From Gemmatimonadota bacterium (GTDB lineage: Bacteria; Gemmatimonadota; Gemmatimonadetes; Palauibacterales; KS3-K002), in the NCBI GenBank assembly GCA_039586795.1, contig JBDHJS010000067.1, positions 1 through 14,326 on the forward strand: 14,326 bases of DNA. The letters are read 5' to 3'. The number at the start of each line of letters is the position of its first letter. The first letter of the stretch is position 1. The translations under genes and the position numbers were made by a program. This document shows positions 1 to 8,174 of this stretch, piece by piece. Under the pieces are notes generated by a model. It did not search any database. It was not told the DNA's origin and saw only the letters and a program-made list of their open reading frames with translations.

Positions 1-1031
1 ACGATCTGCCACCAGCGGTCGGGGTAGGGGTAGGTCGGCGCGCCCTCGTACATGATCGATGTGGCGCCGAGGATCAGCGGGCCGTAAACGATGTAGCTGT
101 GGCCGGTGATCCAGCCCGGGTCGGCGGCGCACCACCAGCGGTCCTCCGGCTTGATGTCGAACGCGTACTTGAGGGTGGTGGAGATGCCGACCTGGTAACC
201 GCCGTGGGTGTGGACGATCGCCTTCGGCTTGCCCGTTGTGCCCGATGTATAGAGCAGGAAGAGCGGGTCCTCGGCATCCATCACCTCGGTCTCGCAGTTC
301 GCTCCGTCGGCCCGGGCGACCGGCAACGCCATCAGCTCGTGATAGTAGTAGTCCCGGTTCGTCTCCATCGGGACGTCTTCGCCGGTCCGCTGCACGACAA
401 CGACGTGCTCGATCGTGCCACAGCGCTTCAGAGCTTCGTCGGCGATCGCCTTAAGCTCGACGATCTTGCCCCGCAGGTAACCGCCGTCGGCGGTGATCAG
501 GACCTTTGACTCCGAGTCCTCGATGCGCTCGGCCAGCGCTTCCACCGAGAAGCCGCCGTAGACCACGGAGTGCACGGCGCCGATCTTCGCACAGGCCAGC
601 ATCGCCATCATCAGCTCCGGGATGCGGGGCATATAGATGGTGACGCGGTCACCTTTCGTCACGCCCATGCTCTTCAGTACGTTGGCGAACTGGCAGACTT
701 CACGGTTCAGCGCGAAGTAGCTGAACGTTCGCAGGCTGCCGTCTTCGCCCTCCCACACCAGCGCCAGCTTGTTCAGCGTCGGCGTCGTCTGATGCCGGTC
801 GAGTGCGTTGAGCACCACGTTCGTCTTGCCATCCACGAACCACTTGTAGAAAGGAGCGTCGGAATCGTCGAGCACCTTCTTCCACGGCTCGTACCAATCC
901 AACTCCTTCGCGCGGGCCTCCCAAAAAGCGGCCGGGTCCTTCTCCGCTTCCTTGCGGAGCGCGTCGTAGTCGGTGACGTGTGCCGCGTCGACGATGTCCT
1001 GGGCTGGCCTGTAGATGCCGTCGCTAGCCAT
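1..1031 (-). CDS. acs: Acetyl-CoA synthetase (acetate--CoA ligase), 3' end outside window
   Basis: Missing from the ORF track because there is no stop in the window. Manual translation from the ATG at 1031 (GGAGGA just upstream) gives MASDGIYRPAQDIVDAAHVTDYDALRKEAEKDPAAFWEARAKELDWYEPW...YKWFVDGKTNVVLNALDRH...LACAKIGAVHSVVYGGFS...DPLFLLYTSGTTGKPKAIVHTHGGY...WWCAADPGWITGHSYIVYGPL...YEGAPTYPYPDRWWQI. This contains the AMP-binding signature and Acs-specific motifs. Confidence 0.95.
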   Translation of the reverse strand, partial: MASDGIYRPAQDIVDAAHVTDYDALRKEAEKDPAAFWEARAKELDWYEPWKKVLDDSDAPFYKWFVDGKTNVVLNALDRHQTTPTLNKLALVWEGEDGSLRTFSYFALNREVCQFANVLKSMGVTKGDRVTIYMPRIPELMMAMLACAKIGAVHSVVYGGFSVEALAERIEDSESKVLITADGGYLRGKIVELKAIADEALKRCGTIEHVVVVQRTGEDVPMETNRDYYYHELMALPVARADGANCETEVMDAEDPLFLLYTSGTTGKPKAIVHTHGGYQVGISTTLKYAFDIKPEDRWWCAADPGWITGHSYIVYGPLILGATSIMYEGAPTYPYPDRWWQI

Positions 1032-1120
1032 GTGTCCTCCTGCTGCAAGTGGCCGGGGATGGTTCAAGTCTGTCAGAGGTCCGACGATTATTTCGACTCG
1101 CCGGGCTTACCGCAAGTATC

Positions 1121-1153
1121 GGTAGACGGTGGACGGTAGACGGTAGACCGTCC
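1121..1153. repeat. Heptamer tandem repeat GGT(A/G)GAC x4 with overlapping inverted repeat
   Basis: ggtagac-ggtggac-ggtagac-ggtagac at 1121-1148. ggacggt (1131-1137) is complementary to accgtcc (1147-1153). Confidence 0.75.
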
Positions 1154-1185
1154 GTCCGCGCCATATGTCCGACTGGGCATGGGCT

Positions 1186-1213
1186 TTGCAAATCCTACTT
1201 TGTCGGATACACT
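1186..1213 (+). promoter_or_regulatory. Putative sigma70-type promoter for the leader-cus operon
   Basis: TTGCAA (1186-1191), a 16-nt spacer, then TACACT (1208-1213), about 25 nt upstream of the ATG at 1239. The patch is AT-richer than its surroundings. Confidence 0.4.
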
Positions 1214-1238
1214 AGTAGAGCCAGAAAGAAAGCTCGAC

Positions 1239-1574
1239 ATGATCCGTGTTCTCGCTGCAACGCTCGTTTTCGCCCAGATGTGGGCCTTTTCCGCGCCAGT
1301 CGCCAGTTCGGCGGCGCCCGCGGAGGCCGCACACCCATGCGAGCAAGTCGTGGGCCAGAATGACGCGAACGTGGTCACCTCGACTCATGACTGTGCCTGC
1401 TGCGGGATGGACGATTGCTGCGGACCATTCACCTGCACAGCGCCCGTCTTGGCGCTGTTGGAAGGGACAGTGCAGAAGTCGATGGCACCGCTAGTGACGG
1501 AGCACGGTCGACAGACGACCTGGGTCGCGGAGAGCTTCCTGGCGCCACCCTTACCACGTCCTCCTCAAGCCTAG
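1239..1574 (+). CDS. Secreted Cys-rich small protein with C-terminal Pro-rich RPP motif (CutF/CruR/DUF2946-like leader, putative arrest peptide)
   Basis: 111 aa from the ATG at 1239. It has a signal-peptide-like N-terminus (MIRVLAATLVFAQMWAFSAPVA), 7 Cys (HPC...HDCACCGMDDCCGPFTC) and the C-terminus APPLPRPPQA. It lies directly upstream of the metal efflux operon. Confidence 0.7.
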   Translation: MIRVLAATLVFAQMWAFSAPVASSAAPAEAAHPCEQVVGQNDANVVTSTHDCACCGMDDCCGPFTCTAPVLALLEGTVQKSMAPLVTEHGRQTTWVAESFLAPPLPRPPQA

Positions 1575-1661
1575 TTTCTCACACGGACAGTAGACGAGCG
1601 CCCGGCCGAAACTGGCCGAGTGGTACTCACACATCCACGAATCCCCAGGCGTGAGAGATTG
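1572..1661 (+). promoter_or_regulatory. Putative mRNA stem sequestering the cusC translation-initiation region
   Basis: 1572-1582 (tagtttctcac) can pair with 1651-1661 (gtgagagattg) over 11 bp, including 3 G-U pairs. An internal hairpin cggcc-gaaact-ggccg lies at 1603-1618. The cusC ATG is at 1665. Confidence 0.45.
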
Positions 1662-1664
1662 AGC

Positions 1665-2918
1665 ATGGCCGTAAGAAAGATTTGTATTCTGGTCGCGCTG
1701 CTCCTGCTGTGGTATTCGCCGGGGCGAGCGCAGACGAGCGATACGCTCCGGCTGGTCGACGCCATCGCGTTCGCCCGGCAGGCGAGTCCGAGATTGCAGA
1801 CGGCGCGTCTCGAAGCCGAGGCCGCATACGCGCGCGTACCAGGAGTGGGCGCGCTGCCCGACCTGCAGGTCGGACTCGGATTGATGAATCGGCAGGTCTC
1901 CGATTTCGGAAGTACATCGAACCCGATGATGATGAACACGGTCCAGCTGGCTCAGCGATTCCCGTGGCCGGGGAAGCTGGGCTTCAGCCAGGACCGGGCG
2001 GCGCTGTTGGCCGTGGCCGAGAAGCTCGACGCCGAAGAGGTGGAGCGACAGCTCATCGCCCGGGTGAAGTCGGTCTATTTCCAGATCGCCTACCTGGACC
2101 GGGCACTCATCGTGATGCAGGAGACGCGTTGGCTGCTCCGCGACTTCCTCGATGTCGCGTCGGCCATGTACGGCGTCGGCGACGCGCTGCAGCAGGATGT
2201 TCTGCAGGCGCAGGTGTCGGTGGCGCAGATGACAGAGGACATCACGGTGGTGGAGCAGAACCGACTGGCGATGGGGGCGCGCCTCAACGCGCTGCTCGGC
2301 CGGCCGGCTACATCGCCGGTGGCCGCGCTCGAGCTCCCGGAACCGGGCGGCGACCTTGCTTCCGTGGACAGCTTGATGGCACTCGCCGCTCAGAGCCGCC
2401 CAGCGTTGAGAGCGGCGCGTCAACGAGTCAGCGCGGCGGAAGCGGGCTACCGGGCGGGCCGTCGCATGTCCTACCCGGACTTCACGCTCATGGTGCAGTA
2501 CGGGCAGCGGCCCGACTTCCCCGACCTCGCCACCTTCATGGTCGGTGTCAGCATTCCCGTCTGGGCGGGAAGCAGCCCACGTGACGAGGCGCAGGCGGTG
2601 CATGTGATGGAGCGATCGAAAGAGCTCGAGCTCTACAACGAGACCTACGCGCGGATCGCCGAGCTGCGTGCCGAAGCGGAGCGCGCCCGCAGGCTCGCCG
2701 ATCTCTACTCCACTTCGATTCTGCCGCAGGCGCGCGCCGCGGTGGAGTCCGCCGTTTCAGCCTATCGGGTGGGCCGCGTCGACTACATGACGCTCCTGGC
2801 CAACGAGATGACCGTGAACCGTTATCGGATCGAGAGCGTGCGCCTCACCGCGGAGTATCACAGCGCGGTGGCGCAAGCGGAAGCCATAGTAGGAGCAGGA
2901 TTGGAAGGTACACGATGA
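1665..2918 (+). CDS. cusC: TolC/CusC-family outer membrane efflux protein
   Basis: Signal peptide from the ATG at 1665 (MAVRKICILVALLLLWYSPGRAQ). OEP-type motifs LPDLQVGLG, QRFPWPGKL, QQDVLQAQV, YPDFTL, GVSIPVW and ILPQARAAVESAVSAYRVG. Its stop overlaps the adaptor start (ATGA). Confidence 0.88.
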   Translation: MAVRKICILVALLLLWYSPGRAQTSDTLRLVDAIAFARQASPRLQTARLEAEAAYARVPGVGALPDLQVGLGLMNRQVSDFGSTSNPMMMNTVQLAQRFPWPGKLGFSQDRAALLAVAEKLDAEEVERQLIARVKSVYFQIAYLDRALIVMQETRWLLRDFLDVASAMYGVGDALQQDVLQAQVSVAQMTEDITVVEQNRLAMGARLNALLGRPATSPVAALELPEPGGDLASVDSLMALAAQSRPALRAARQRVSAAEAGYRAGRRMSYPDFTLMVQYGQRPDFPDLATFMVGVSIPVWAGSSPRDEAQAVHVMERSKELELYNETYARIAELRAEAERARRLADLYSTSILPQARAAVESAVSAYRVGRVDYMTLLANEMTVNRYRIESVRLTAEYHSAVAQAEAIVGAGLEGTR

Positions 2919-4204
2919 GAATGGACAGACTGAGCGTTGTCGTTGCCGCGGTCATGGTTTTGGCGTGCGGCGGTTCGGAAGAAGAGTCGCCGATGCCGGG
3001 GATGACGGCGGAAGAGCACGCCATGCATCAGGGCGGGAATACGGGCGTCACCGACAGCACGGGGCAGGCCGTTCGTCAGGCCGTGCATCTGACAGCCGAA
3101 CAAGAACGCGCCCTCGGCGTGGTTTACACGACCGTGGCTCGCGATCGCCTGGTACGGACGATACGAACGGTGGGGCTGATCGAGGCGGCAGAATCGAGCA
3201 TCGCGGATGTGACGCTGAAGATCGAGGGCTTCGTCGAGAGGCTGCACGTCAACACGACCGGCGAGTCGGTGCGTCGTGGTCAGCCGCTGTTGACGCTGTA
3301 CAGCCCGATGCTCGTCGCGGCTCAAGAAGAACTGTTGATGGCAAAGCGCCTGGCGGCGCAGGTCGATTCCAGCGCCAGCGAAGCGTGGAGTAACGCACAG
3401 CGGATGTTAGAGGCAGCCCGCCGTCGACTGGCCTATTGGGACATAACTCCTGAACAGATCGAGCGGGTCGAACGTACCGGCGAAGTTACCAAAACTCTCA
3501 CGTTCGTGGCGCCAGTTAGCGGGATCGTGCTCGAGAAGGATGTCTTCGAGGGCCAGAGGGTCATGCCTGGCCAACGGCTCTATCGCATCGCCGACCTGTC
3601 GACGGTGTGGGTCGAGGGCGAGCTGTTCGAGCAGGATCTCCAATTCGTCCACGCGGGTTCGCAGGCGCATATCGAGGTGGCGGCGTACCCCGGCGTCCAT
3701 CTGATGGGCCACGTGAGCTTCGTCTATCCGACCGTTGACGAGCGCAGCCGCACGAACCGGATGCGACTCACCGTGGCCAACCCCGAGCTCCGACTCAAGC
3801 CCGGAATGTATGTGACGGTCTACTTCGATGCCGAGATCGGAAACGACGTCATTTCCGTCCCCATCGATGCGGTCGTCGCCACGGGCGAGCGGAACCTGGT
3901 CTTTCATCGCCATGAGGATGGCTCTCTTCATCCACATGAGGTCGTGCTTGGCGCCCGCGCCGGCGGCCGGGTGCTGGTCCTGGCGGGGCTCGAGGAGGGG
4001 GTAGAGATCGTGGCATCCGCCAACTTCCTCGTCGATGCCGAGTCGCGACTCGGCGCCACGGGTGGCTCGATGCCGGGGATGCAGCACGCCGGTCATGGCT
4101 CAGCCGTTGAACCGGGGCAAGAGCACACCCAACACATCGAACAGCCGATGGATACATCGGGCGAGCACGAAGGTCACGAAGGCGGAGGGCATCAGCATGA
4201 TTAG
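2915..4204 (+). CDS. cusB: RND periplasmic adaptor (CusB-like membrane fusion protein), probable lipoprotein
   Basis: Lipobox VLAC. MFP motifs GFVERLHVNTTGESVRRGQPLLTLYSPMLVAAQEE, APVSGIV, IADLSTVWVEG, VYPTVDERSRT, LKPGMY and ANFLVDAESRL. Both termini are Met/His-rich. Confidence 0.92.
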   Translation: MRMDRLSVVVAAVMVLACGGSEEESPMPGMTAEEHAMHQGGNTGVTDSTGQAVRQAVHLTAEQERALGVVYTTVARDRLVRTIRTVGLIEAAESSIADVTLKIEGFVERLHVNTTGESVRRGQPLLTLYSPMLVAAQEELLMAKRLAAQVDSSASEAWSNAQRMLEAARRRLAYWDITPEQIERVERTGEVTKTLTFVAPVSGIVLEKDVFEGQRVMPGQRLYRIADLSTVWVEGELFEQDLQFVHAGSQAHIEVAAYPGVHLMGHVSFVYPTVDERSRTNRMRLTVANPELRLKPGMYVTVYFDAEIGNDVISVPIDAVVATGERNLVFHRHEDGSLHPHEVVLGARAGGRVLVLAGLEEGVEIVASANFLVDAESRLGATGGSMPGMQHAGHGSAVEPGQEHTQHIEQPMDTSGEHEGHEGGGHQHD

Positions 4205-7200
4205 CAAGGTCATTGCCTGGTCCCTCAATAACCGTTTCCTGGTGTTGCTGGGTAGTGCGGCGATCGTGTTGGCCGGCATCTGGGCCATCGGCTCGACGCC
4301 GCTGGATGCGATTCCCGACCTATCAGACGTTCAGGTCATCATTCAGACGGACTTCCGGGAGCAGGCGCCGCAGATCGTCGAGGACCAGGTTACGTATCCG
4401 ATTACTTCCGAGATGCTCAAAGTGCCGGGCGCCCGGGTCGTGAGAGGCTACTCCTTCTTCGGCCTGAGCCTGGTCTATGTGATCTTCGAGGACGGCACCG
4501 ACATCTACTGGGCCCGTTCACGGGTGCTCGAGTACCTGAACGGCATTCGCGGGCAACTCCCCGCTGGCGTCGAGCCAACTCTCGGGCCCGATGCCACGGG
4601 TGTCGGCTGGGTGTTCGAGTACACCCTCGAGTCGGACAGCCTCGATCTCGCCGAGCTTCGGACGCTTCAGGACTGGTACCTTCGTTACCAGTTGACGGCG
4701 GTGCCCGGCGTGTCAGAGGTGGCCAGCGTCGGCGGCTTCGTGAAGCAGTACCAGGTCGAAGTGAATCCCGAACGACTTCGAGCGTTCAACATCCCTGTCA
4801 CAAGAGTCGCTCAGGCCATCGGATCTCACAACATAGATATCGGCGCCCGCGTGCTGGAGATGGGCGGCCGGGAGTACATGATCCGCGGACTCGGCTACCT
4901 GCAGGGCGTAGAGGATATCGAGAACGTTGCCGTCGGCGCGACGCCCAACGGCACGCCGATCCGCGTGGCGGACGTGGCGACTGTGCAGTTAGGTCCGGCG
5001 CCACGGCGCGGCGCTACCGACCTCGATGGCAAGGGAGAGGTAGTGGCGGGGATCGTCGTCTTGCGATTCGGCGCCGACGCCCTCGGGACGATCGAGGCGG
5101 TGAAGGAGCGACTGCGTGAGATAGAGCAGGGATTGCCCGCCGGCGTACGCTTACGCACGGCCTACGATCGCAGCGACCTCATCCACCGGGCGATCCACAC
5201 ATTGCGCGAGAAGCTCGTAGAGGAATCTCTGATCGTCGCCCTCGTCGCGCTGGTCTTTCTGCTGCACGCGCGATCGGCCCTCGTCGCCATTGTCACTCTG
5301 CCTCTCGGGATCCTGATCTCGTTCATCGTCATGCGGCTCATCGGCGTGAACGCGAACATCATGAGTCTGGGCGGCATCGCCATCGCCATCGGCGCCATGG
5401 TCGATGCGGCTATCGTGATGATCGAGAACATGCACAAGCACATCGAGCGCGATGACGGGAGCAGGTCACGCTGGGACATCGTTCAGGAAAGTGCCAACCA
5501 GGTGGGACCGCCGCTCTTCTTCTCACTGCTCATCATCACGTTCAGCTTCCTGCCGGTCTTCGCGCTGGAGCAGCAGGAGGGTCGGCTGTTCAAGCCGCTG
5601 GCGTTCACCAAGACCTTCGCCATGGCCGGTGCGGCGTTGCTGTCGATCACCTTGGTACCGGTGCTGATGGGCTACCTGATCAGGGGGAAGATTCGGCCCG
5701 AGTCCCGAAACCCGGTGAATCGGGGGCTCATGTGGGCCTACCGGCCGATCATCGATTTTGCGGTGCGGCGGCCATTGCTCGTCATCGTGGGCGCGGTGGT
5801 CGTACTGGCGGTAACGGTCCTTCCGTGGCGGCGGCTCGGCAGCGAGTTCATGCCACCCCTCCAGGAAGGCTCAATCCTCTTCATGCCAACGACGGTGCCC
5901 GGCGTATCCATCGCTCAGGCCCGCAAGATCATGACGTACCAGGACAGCGTGCTCGCGTCGTTCCCCGAGGTCGATGTCGTGCTGGGTAAGGTGGGGCGCG
6001 CCGAGACCGCTACCGATCCCGCACCCCTCGACATGTGGGAGACCACAGTCACTCTGAAGCCGAAGAGCGAGTGGCGTGATGCGATGACGTACGAACGCCT
6101 CGTCGCGGAGATGGATCGCGCGGTGAGCCTTCCGGGCGTGACTAACGCCTGGACGATGCCCATCAAGGGTCGCATCGACATGCTTGCTACTGGGATCCGT
6201 ACTGCGGTCGGCATCAAGATCTTCGGCCCCGACCTCGAGGCGCTGCAAACCCTGGGCGAGCAGGTCGAGCGGATCATCCAGGAGGTTCCCGGTACTCGGA
6301 GCGCCTTCGCCGAACGTGGCGTTTCAGGCTACTACGTCGACATCGAGATCGACCGCGCCGAGGCGGCCCGCTATGGCTTGAACGTCGGCGACGTTCACGG
6401 CGCCATCATGGCGACCGTGGGGGGTATGACGGCGGCCGTAACCGTGGAAGGTCGCGAGCGCTATGCGGTGAACGTTCGTTACCCGAGAGAGCTGCGCGAC
6501 GATGTGCAGAAGCTGCGAGAGGTCTTGATTCCGGCGATTGGCGACGCGCAGATCCCGCTTGGCCAGGTAGCGAGCGTGGAAGTGCGGCAGGGCGCCATGG
6601 CCGTAAAGACTGAGAACGCGTTTCCGATGACGACGATTTACGTCGATATCGGCGAACGCGATGTCGGGAGTTACGTGCGTGAGGCACAGCAGGCTGTGAA
6701 CTCACAGCTAGCTTTGCCGCCCGGATACTCGTTGGTATGGAGCGGCCAGTACGAGTTCATGCAGCGCGTCATCCAGAAGTTGAGGGTAGTCGTACCGGTA
6801 ACGCTGGCGATCATCTTCATGCTGCTCTACTTCAGCTTCGGCGGCGTCGCCGAATCGCTGATCGTCATGCTCGCCTTGCCCTTCTCGTTGGTCGGCGGTG
6901 TTTGGTTCCTCTGGCTTCTCGACTACAACACGAGCGTTGCTGTCTGGGTGGGCTTCATTGCACTTGCCGGTGTGGCGGCGGAAACCGGCGTGGTGATGCT
7001 CATCTACCTGGACGAAGCCTACTACGCCCGCCTGAAAAAGGGTCTCATGCGCACGAGGTCCGATGTCGCGGCGGCCGTCCGCGAAGGCGCGTTGGAGAGG
7101 CTGCGGCCAAAGATCATGACCGTAACAGCGATCATGGCAGGTCTCGCGCCGATCCTTTGGAGTCGCGGCACGGGCGCCGATGTGATGAAGCGCATCGCCG

Positions 7201-7358
7201 CTCCTATGGTGGGTGGGATGGTGAGCGCGACGGTTCTTACGCTGGTCGTCATCCCCGCGATCTACCTGGTTTGGCGAAGTTGGCTGGTTCGTCGCGAGGC
7301 TCACGCATCGGACGCAGAAGAAACTTTGCAGGAGACGGTAACGGCGTCCATTGTTTGA
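4197..7358 (+). CDS. cusA: CusA/CzcA-family heavy-metal RND permease, Cu(I)/Ag(I) type
   Basis: The likely start is the ATG at 4197 (MISKVIAWSLNNRFLV), overlapping cusB. Motifs DAIPDLSDVQVII, GPDATGVGWV and GAMVDAAIVMIEN. Met-triad equivalents FMPTT, PLDMWET and RIDMLATG. Also AGVAAETG and RLRPKIMT. Confidence 0.96.
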   Translation: MISKVIAWSLNNRFLVLLGSAAIVLAGIWAIGSTPLDAIPDLSDVQVIIQTDFREQAPQIVEDQVTYPITSEMLKVPGARVVRGYSFFGLSLVYVIFEDGTDIYWARSRVLEYLNGIRGQLPAGVEPTLGPDATGVGWVFEYTLESDSLDLAELRTLQDWYLRYQLTAVPGVSEVASVGGFVKQYQVEVNPERLRAFNIPVTRVAQAIGSHNIDIGARVLEMGGREYMIRGLGYLQGVEDIENVAVGATPNGTPIRVADVATVQLGPAPRRGATDLDGKGEVVAGIVVLRFGADALGTIEAVKERLREIEQGLPAGVRLRTAYDRSDLIHRAIHTLREKLVEESLIVALVALVFLLHARSALVAIVTLPLGILISFIVMRLIGVNANIMSLGGIAIAIGAMVDAAIVMIENMHKHIERDDGSRSRWDIVQESANQVGPPLFFSLLIITFSFLPVFALEQQEGRLFKPLAFTKTFAMAGAALLSITLVPVLMGYLIRGKIRPESRNPVNRGLMWAYRPIIDFAVRRPLLVIVGAVVVLAVTVLPWRRLGSEFMPPLQEGSILFMPTTVPGVSIAQARKIMTYQDSVLASFPEVDVVLGKVGRAETATDPAPLDMWETTVTLKPKSEWRDAMTYERLVAEMDRAVSLPGVTNAWTMPIKGRIDMLATGIRTAVGIKIFGPDLEALQTLGEQVERIIQEVPGTRSAFAERGVSGYYVDIEIDRAEAARYGLNVGDVHGAIMATVGGMTAAVTVEGRERYAVNVRYPRELRDDVQKLREVLIPAIGDAQIPLGQVASVEVRQGAMAVKTENAFPMTTIYVDIGERDVGSYVREAQQAVNSQLALPPGYSLVWSGQYEFMQRVIQKLRVVVPVTLAIIFMLLYFSFGGVAESLIVMLALPFSLVGGVWFLWLLDYNTSVAVWVGFIALAGVAAETGVVMLIYLDEAYYARLKKGLMRTRSDVAAAVREGALERLRPKIMTVTAIMAGLAPILWSRGTGADVMKRIAAPMVGGMVSATVLTLVVIPAIYLVWRSWLVRREAHASDAEETLQETVTASIV

Positions 7359-7396
7359 ACGAACCCTGTTGAATCTGACAAAGAAGGAACTGAACA

Positions 7397-8152
7397 ATGA
7401 TGAAGATGTCTGGGATCTTGGCTACCCTAATTGGTTTGAGCTTGGTCGCCTGTAACGATGACCCCACGGACCCGCGGAACGGACAGACACAAACGGTATT
7501 CGATGTACAAGCGGATCGAATAGAGACCTTCGAAGATGTTGACATCCATGTCCGGGTCGACGGTGGCGGCGGTCCGCTGCAGATGGAGCATGGGGAGATG
7601 CACGTCGACGGAGTGGGCGGCTCCGATTGGATGCACGAGATGGAAGCGATGGGGGATGGCTGGGTGGCTCATGCCATGTTCTTCGAGCCCGGCATCCACC
7701 AACTGCACTTCCAGGGTCGCCGCCACGGCGGCGGCGACGAGAACTTCGGCGAACACATGGTCGAGGTTCACCGCCAACATCGGTTGATCGGCGACTATTG
7801 GGCCGAGCTTTCATTCGACCCGGCGCCAATCGTCGCAGGCACGGAGGCGACCGTTACGCTGACCATCTTCGAGATCGACGGTCAGTCGCCCGGGGCGCCG
7901 GCTACCGGTCTGACGCTGGTGGCGCACCTGCACGATCCGAATGATGTCGAATCCCCCGTCTCCTTCGTCGAGGGCACGGCCGGAACCTATGAAGTGACAT
8001 ACACCTTCGACGATGTCGGCCTCTACGAACTGCACGTCACGATCGGCACGGACGAGGGCCTGTTTCATTTCCCGGTATTCGCGTCTCTCGATGACATCGG
8101 GACGCGTGGCCACGGTCACGGAGGAGGCGGTCACCACGGAATGATGCCGTAG
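7397..8152 (+). CDS. His/Met-rich lipoprotein, probably two YtkA/FixH-like beta-sandwich domains; putative periplasmic metal-binding protein
   Basis: AAGGA RBS and lipobox LVAC. Segments MEHGEMH and WMHEMEAM, a YtkA-like GTYEVTYTFDDVGLYELHVTI, and C-terminal GHGHGGGGHHGMMP. Confidence 0.7.
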   Translation: MMKMSGILATLIGLSLVACNDDPTDPRNGQTQTVFDVQADRIETFEDVDIHVRVDGGGGPLQMEHGEMHVDGVGGSDWMHEMEAMGDGWVAHAMFFEPGIHQLHFQGRRHGGGDENFGEHMVEVHRQHRLIGDYWAELSFDPAPIVAGTEATVTLTIFEIDGQSPGAPATGLTLVAHLHDPNDVESPVSFVEGTAGTYEVTYTFDDVGLYELHVTIGTDEGLFHFPVFASLDDIGTRGHGHGGGGHHGMMP

Positions 8153-8174
8153 GGGCCCCGAGCTCAGGGTTACG

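Noticed and set aside
99..1139. Plus-strand ORFs 99-509 and 570-1139
   Set aside because: Antisense shadows of acs, which has clear family motifs on the minus strand.
1179..1238. Longer start for the leader ORF at 1179
   Set aside because: The extension overlaps the predicted promoter and buries the signal peptide. The ATG at 1239 fits better.
1551..2603. 350-aa minus-strand ORF and 300-aa alternative-frame ORF over cusC
   Set aside because: Arg/His-rich low-information translations typical of high-GC antisense or alternative frames, with no recognisable motifs.
4035..4196. 54-aa N-terminal extension of CusA given by the ORF track
   Set aside because: It overlaps the cusB coding region. 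CusA homology starts at MISKVIAWS (4197).
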